From Gemmata obscuriglobus (GTDB lineage Bacteria; Planctomycetota; Planctomycetia; Gemmatales; Gemmataceae), in the NCBI RefSeq assembly GCF_008065095.1, contig NZ_CP042911.1, positions 3,720,001-3,752,000 on the forward strand: a stretch of DNA of 32,000 nt, in the 5' to 3' direction. The notes under the pieces were generated by a model that had not been told where the DNA came from, made no database searches, and was given only the letters and a program-made list of their open reading frames with translations. The position numbers were made by a program, and so were the translations under genes. Below, piece by piece: positions 25,733 to 32,000 of this stretch (position 1 is its first letter; every line of letters begins with the position of its first letter).

Positions 25733-26488
25733 TTAGGGCTTGGTGAACGTGCTGGCGTCGAGTTTCTCGACCAACTCCAGGCTCGTCACCTCGCCTTCGA
25801 TGAACTTCTTGCCGTCCCGCTTGGTAAGGAACTTCATCGCCTGCTGGGTCCCTTGAACTTCCTTATACTCGCTCGGGAACGATTCTTCCGTCACCTCCTG
25901 ACCGGTGGTGTCGTCCTTCACGCGCGTTTCGCTCTTCACGAGCAAGCCGGTTTCTTTGTCGAAGTAGAGGTCGATGTCGCGGTGCCCTTTGCTCGACACT
26001 TTCACCCCGAGCGCCGGGCGGTTTTCCACTTTGATCTCGCCGGTCGTGGCGAAGGTGAACTGCTTGTCCTTCAGTGGGGCCAAGTTCGTCACCCAGGAGG
26101 CGTATGCCTGCTCCTTGGTCTCTTCGAGCTTGTCCTTGTCCAACTCCGTCACGTCTTTCACGATCTTCGTCCAACCCTTGTCGCCGGCCAGGACGATGAC
26201 GATCGGGATCTTCTGCCCGCCGGCGTCGATCTCCAGGTCGATGCGCTGCTTGTCCTGTCCCGCGACAGAGATTTCGCCGGTCATTGCGAGGCCGTCGCCC
26301 TGCCCGTAGAAGGTGCCCTTGAGCTTACTGACGGCGCCCCCGAACTTGTCGAGTTTGTCCTGCCCGCCGTGTGCTTTTACGGCCTTCTCGATCAACTTTC
26401 GGGCCTCCGCCGCGTCGTCCGCCCGCGCCGGAGCGATCGCCGCGAATACGAACCCGAGCGCCAGAACCGCATGCCGAAGGTGCTTCAC
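25733..26488 (-). CDS. secreted hypothetical protein, LolA/outer-membrane-lipoprotein-carrier-like beta-rich fold suspected
   Basis: GTG start at 26488 with GGGAG 6 nt upstream. The signal peptide is MKHLRHAVLALGFVFAAIAPARADD. The rest is a Lys/Asp/Glu/Thr-rich alternating sequence. No catalytic motif was recognised. Confidence 0.7.
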   Translation of the reverse strand: MKHLRHAVLALGFVFAAIAPARADDAAEARKLIEKAVKAHGGQDKLDKFGGAVSKLKGTFYGQGDGLAMTGEISVAGQDKQRIDLEIDAGGQKIPIVIVLAGDKGWTKIVKDVTELDKDKLEETKEQAYASWVTNLAPLKDKQFTFATTGEIKVENRPALGVKVSSKGHRDIDLYFDKETGLLVKSETRVKDDTTGQEVTEESFPSEYKEVQGTQQAMKFLTKRDGKKFIEGEVTSLELVEKLDASTFTKP

Positions 26489-26566
26489 GAGTCGCTCCCG
26501 ATGTGAGGTGAACGTGCCGGCGTGCCGGCCGGCACTCGCCAGTGATTCGCCGCTGGTAGCGCCGGA

Positions 26567-26992
26567 TTATCTGCCGCGCGAGAACTTTTTCCGATCCAGA
26601 CCGTAGGCCTCGCGCTCGAACCGGTTGTCGAAATAGAAGTGGTCGCCGCGCCGCCACGCGAGGTAGCTCGCCAGGAAGTATGCCGGGAGGAACAGCGGCC
26701 CCCACCGCTCGCACTGGCGCACGTGGACGTGTTCGTGGTCGCGCGAGTGGTCGAGGGCGTCGCGGTCCTGGCCCAGGATTACGTGCCCGAGGCACAGAGC
26801 GGAGGCCTCGATCCACAGGCACCGGCGGAGCACGAACCGCGCGAACCCGCCGTACACCTCCAGCGCGCCGCGCTCGACGCGCATCCGACCGCCGGTGACC
26901 ACCGCGAGCGGCACGCACGAAAGCCCGAGAAGCGTCACGGGCAGTGCCCACAGGTAGCGTAACGGCGCCGCCGCGGTTCGGGTCAGACTCAC
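26567..26992 (-). CDS. small membrane protein with HExxH motif (putative metalloprotease-like), 141 aa
   Basis: GTG at 26992 overlaps the upstream TGA stop as GTGA. It has a hydrophobic N-terminus LRYLWALPVTLLGLSCVPLAVV, the motif DHSRDHEHVHVRQCERWGPLFLPAY (HEHVH = HExxH) and a second hydrophobic stretch. The track ORF start at 27148 would overlap the upstream gene by about 160 nt, so it was not used. Confidence 0.55.
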   Translation of the reverse strand: MSLTRTAAAPLRYLWALPVTLLGLSCVPLAVVTGGRMRVERGALEVYGGFARFVLRRCLWIEASALCLGHVILGQDRDALDHSRDHEHVHVRQCERWGPLFLPAYFLASYLAWRRGDHFYFDNRFEREAYGLDRKKFSRGR

Positions 26993-28479
26993 GGCTTGTT
27001 CCCGTCGTAGTTCCGTTCGACCAGCCCGACGCCTGTGGGGATTTCGGAAGGGCGGCCGAAGTAGTTGTCCACGATCATGTTCGCTCGCCCGCCGTCCGCT
27101 TTCACCGCGAGTGAGTCGGTTCGTGGCCGGTCGTCGCGGATCAGGCACCCGCTGACGCGCGAGCGCGACACATCTTTCAGGAGCAGCCCGACGGCATCGG
27201 AATCTAAAATCGTCACATTCGTAACGTTAAACCGGTCGCAGGTGTCGAGCGTGACGGCCGCGGGCGCCACCCGGACGCGCGAAACCGTGAAGCCCGTCAG
27301 CACACAGTCGGTGCTGTTGCGGAACACAAGGTCGTTGGCCGTTTCGGGCTTCTCTTCACTCGCGTAGCGCGGGTTGCGGTCGAAGTTGTTTGGACCGATG
27401 GTTACTGCGGTGCTGTTCTCGACGAGCACGTTGTGCTCGTAGGCCGTCCAACAAGTGTTGCCGGTCATTAAGACCCCGCGGGCGTGATCGAGGTGAACGT
27501 TTACCTTTACGTCGCTGAGGACGTTGCCGGTGATGGTGACGTGTCCGTCGCGGAGTTCACCGGTGCCGTTCGCCTTTGTCGCGCTCGGACCTTTGATACG
27601 GATGTTGGCCGAACCCGGGGCGTTGTGGTTGTGCTGAACGGTGCAGCCGGTGATCGCGACTTCGGCGTTCGACCCGCCGGTGCTGTCGATGAGCACGTTC
27701 GCGGTGGGCGGACCGTTCACCCCGTGGTTGCTCTCGATGTCGCAACCGGTGATGTGGAGGTTCCGCACCTGCCCGGCCCGGGCCACGACGCCGCCCAGAT
27801 CGCAATAGCTGATGTGCGAACCCGTAACGTTGATCTGGTGCAGGTTCACGTTGTCGAGGTAAACGCCGACCCCGCGGTTCTCGTAGATGTGGCAGTCCGA
27901 AACGAGGACGTTGCGGTTGCGCGTTGTCAGATGGATGCCGTGAAAGCACTTGCGGATCAGCACCTTTGAGACGGTGAGCTGCATCGTGCCCGCCGCTTCG
28001 ATGCCGTTCGCCTTGTCGTGCCCGCCAACGATTTCCAACCCCTCAACGCTCGGCATCCGCTCATTCCAAACCTGCGCGCCGACCGTTTTCGGGTCCGCTG
28101 TGCCGGTGTGTGTGCCCACGAATTTGAACGCCGGTCCCTCGCCGGCCATTACGATTCGCGCGGTGCCGTCGCCGCGCAGGGCCGCGAACCCGGCTTTGTT
28201 CAAGTTCACGAGAACCGGTTTGCTGATGCGGTAAGTGCCGTGCGGGAACACGGTCGGGCCGTTCCCGGCGTTGACGGCGTTCTGAACGGCTTGCCAGTCG
28301 TCGGTGCAACCGTCGCCCTTCGCGCCGTGGTCGCGCACCGTTCCGTGCGGCACCTTAAACGGCCCGAAAGGCTCCGGTCGCGGCACCGGTTGCCCCCTCC
28401 CGGCGAATCCGATTGCCAGTAACGCCAGGAACGACAGCGCAAGCCCACTGGCGAAGAGACCGATGACTCGACGCGACAT
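26989..28479 (-). CDS. right-handed parallel beta-helix protein (pectate-lyase superfamily / glycosidase-like), secreted or membrane-anchored
   Basis: ATG 28479 gives MSRRVIGLFASGLALSFLALLAIGFAG. The N-terminal pectate-lyase-superfamily motif is VRDHGAKGDGCTDDWQAVQNAVNAG. Repeated beta-helix rungs follow (VSDCHIYEN, VTGSHISYCD, ITGCDIESNH, ITGCTVQHNH, ITGNVLSD). Confidence 0.8.
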   Translation of the reverse strand: MSRRVIGLFASGLALSFLALLAIGFAGRGQPVPRPEPFGPFKVPHGTVRDHGAKGDGCTDDWQAVQNAVNAGNGPTVFPHGTYRISKPVLVNLNKAGFAALRGDGTARIVMAGEGPAFKFVGTHTGTADPKTVGAQVWNERMPSVEGLEIVGGHDKANGIEAAGTMQLTVSKVLIRKCFHGIHLTTRNRNVLVSDCHIYENRGVGVYLDNVNLHQINVTGSHISYCDLGGVVARAGQVRNLHITGCDIESNHGVNGPPTANVLIDSTGGSNAEVAITGCTVQHNHNAPGSANIRIKGPSATKANGTGELRDGHVTITGNVLSDVKVNVHLDHARGVLMTGNTCWTAYEHNVLVENSTAVTIGPNNFDRNPRYASEEKPETANDLVFRNSTDCVLTGFTVSRVRVAPAAVTLDTCDRFNVTNVTILDSDAVGLLLKDVSRSRVSGCLIRDDRPRTDSLAVKADGGRANMIVDNYFGRPSEIPTGVGLVERNYDGNKP

Positions 28480-28806
28480 GCGGCACTCCAGAAGGTACAC
28501 GGCGAGGGTACCCGGTGAAATGGCCAGCGGGAAGGCGCAATGTCGGGTTCGGTGGGGCTGATTGAACCGGGGGTACGCTCGACAGTGCTACCGATGGACA
28601 AAATGCGACTTCAGTCGTTTCAAGTTCGTTGGTTGTGCGCCACCCAACGGCGGTTCGGCCGTGCTCGTCTAACCGCTGGCGTCAGCCGGTGTGTGTAACC
28701 TGGGCGTCAGTCGGAGATTGATCTGCTCACGGCGTCCGCGGCACGGTAGCCTCCTCTGGGCTAACGAGATTGCGGCGTGGGACGAAGGCGGCGATGGGAT
28801 TTCAGG

Positions 28807-28847
28807 GGACGCAACGGAGGGCCATTGGGTAGCCCTCCGTTGCGTCC
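28807..28847. repeat. perfect 16-bp stem / 9-nt loop hairpin in the carB to beta-helix-gene intergenic region
   Basis: GGACGCAACGGAGGGC-cattgggta-GCCCTCCGTTGCGTCC lies about 150 nt downstream of the carB stop on the minus strand. No clear T tract sits on either side. Confidence 0.85.
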
Positions 28848-28995
28848 GACGACTGCCTCGCGGAGCCCGTAAGCACGACTTGCATCCGCGCGTGACCGCT
28901 TTTCCCCGGGCGCGCAACAAGGTGAGTGTGGTTCGTATGACCCACACCACCTTGCTCGAAGTGGCCCTGCCTACCTCCCTAGTCTCATCAGCCAG

Positions 28996-32000
<3,005 letters not shown>

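Noticed and set aside
26993-27148. Longer start (27148) for the HExxH protein ORF
   Set aside because: It would overlap the beta-helix gene by about 160 nt and add an Arg/Pro-rich, non-hydrophobic extension. The GTG at 26992 gives the GTGA stop/start overlap and begins right before the first hydrophobic segment.
28984-28991. CUGAUGAG (minus strand) just downstream of carB, the hammerhead-ribozyme core motif
   Set aside because: There is no matching GAAA core element, no cleavage-site triplet and no three-stem arrangement nearby. An isolated 8-mer is expected by chance.

Overview
High-GC bacterial chromosomal segment. The gene repertoire looks Planctomycetota (Gemmataceae-like), inferred from a DUF1549/DUF1553 protein, a large PQQ-like beta-propeller protein and lipobox cytochrome c; this is not proven. 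Left to right: (1) otsA (5'-truncated by the window), otsB and a single-domain CheY-like response regulator. (2) An IS scar: an apparently intact single-ORF IS66-family element (2297-3782) abutting a 5'-truncated, stop- and frameshift-disrupted IS701-family transposase remnant. (3) A DUF1549/DUF1553 protein divergent from a polytopic membrane protein. (4) A minus-strand operon of a 1309-aa secreted TPR/beta-propeller protein, a MoxR AAA+ ATPase and a DUF58 protein, divergent from a dihaem cytochrome c lipoprotein. (5) About 3.4 kb of visibly lower-GC, gene-poor DNA around tRNA-Ser(GCU), holding a tyrosine-integrase pseudogene, an IS1-like transposase tail and a molybdoenzyme C-terminal fragment. 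This reads as a decayed integrative island. (6) A small secreted protein followed by a 104-bp perfect-armed palindromic element. (7) A seven-gene plus-strand sugar cluster: SDR, Gfo/Idh/MocA, then the four GDP-D-glycero-alpha-D-manno-heptose pathway genes (hddA, hddC, gmhA, gmhB), then a transaldolase/Fsa-like gene. (8) A LolA-like secreted protein, a small HExxH membrane protein translationally coupled to a pectate-lyase-fold beta-helix protein, and carB (5'-truncated by the window). No CRISPR array or rRNA was seen. Most long ORFs in the six-frame track that run antisense to these genes are high-GC shadow ORFs. The most interesting candidate is the propeller-MoxR-DUF58 plus cytochrome c arrangement, which resembles the logic of mxa methanol-dehydrogenase clusters but lacks a recognisable quinoprotein dehydrogenase.
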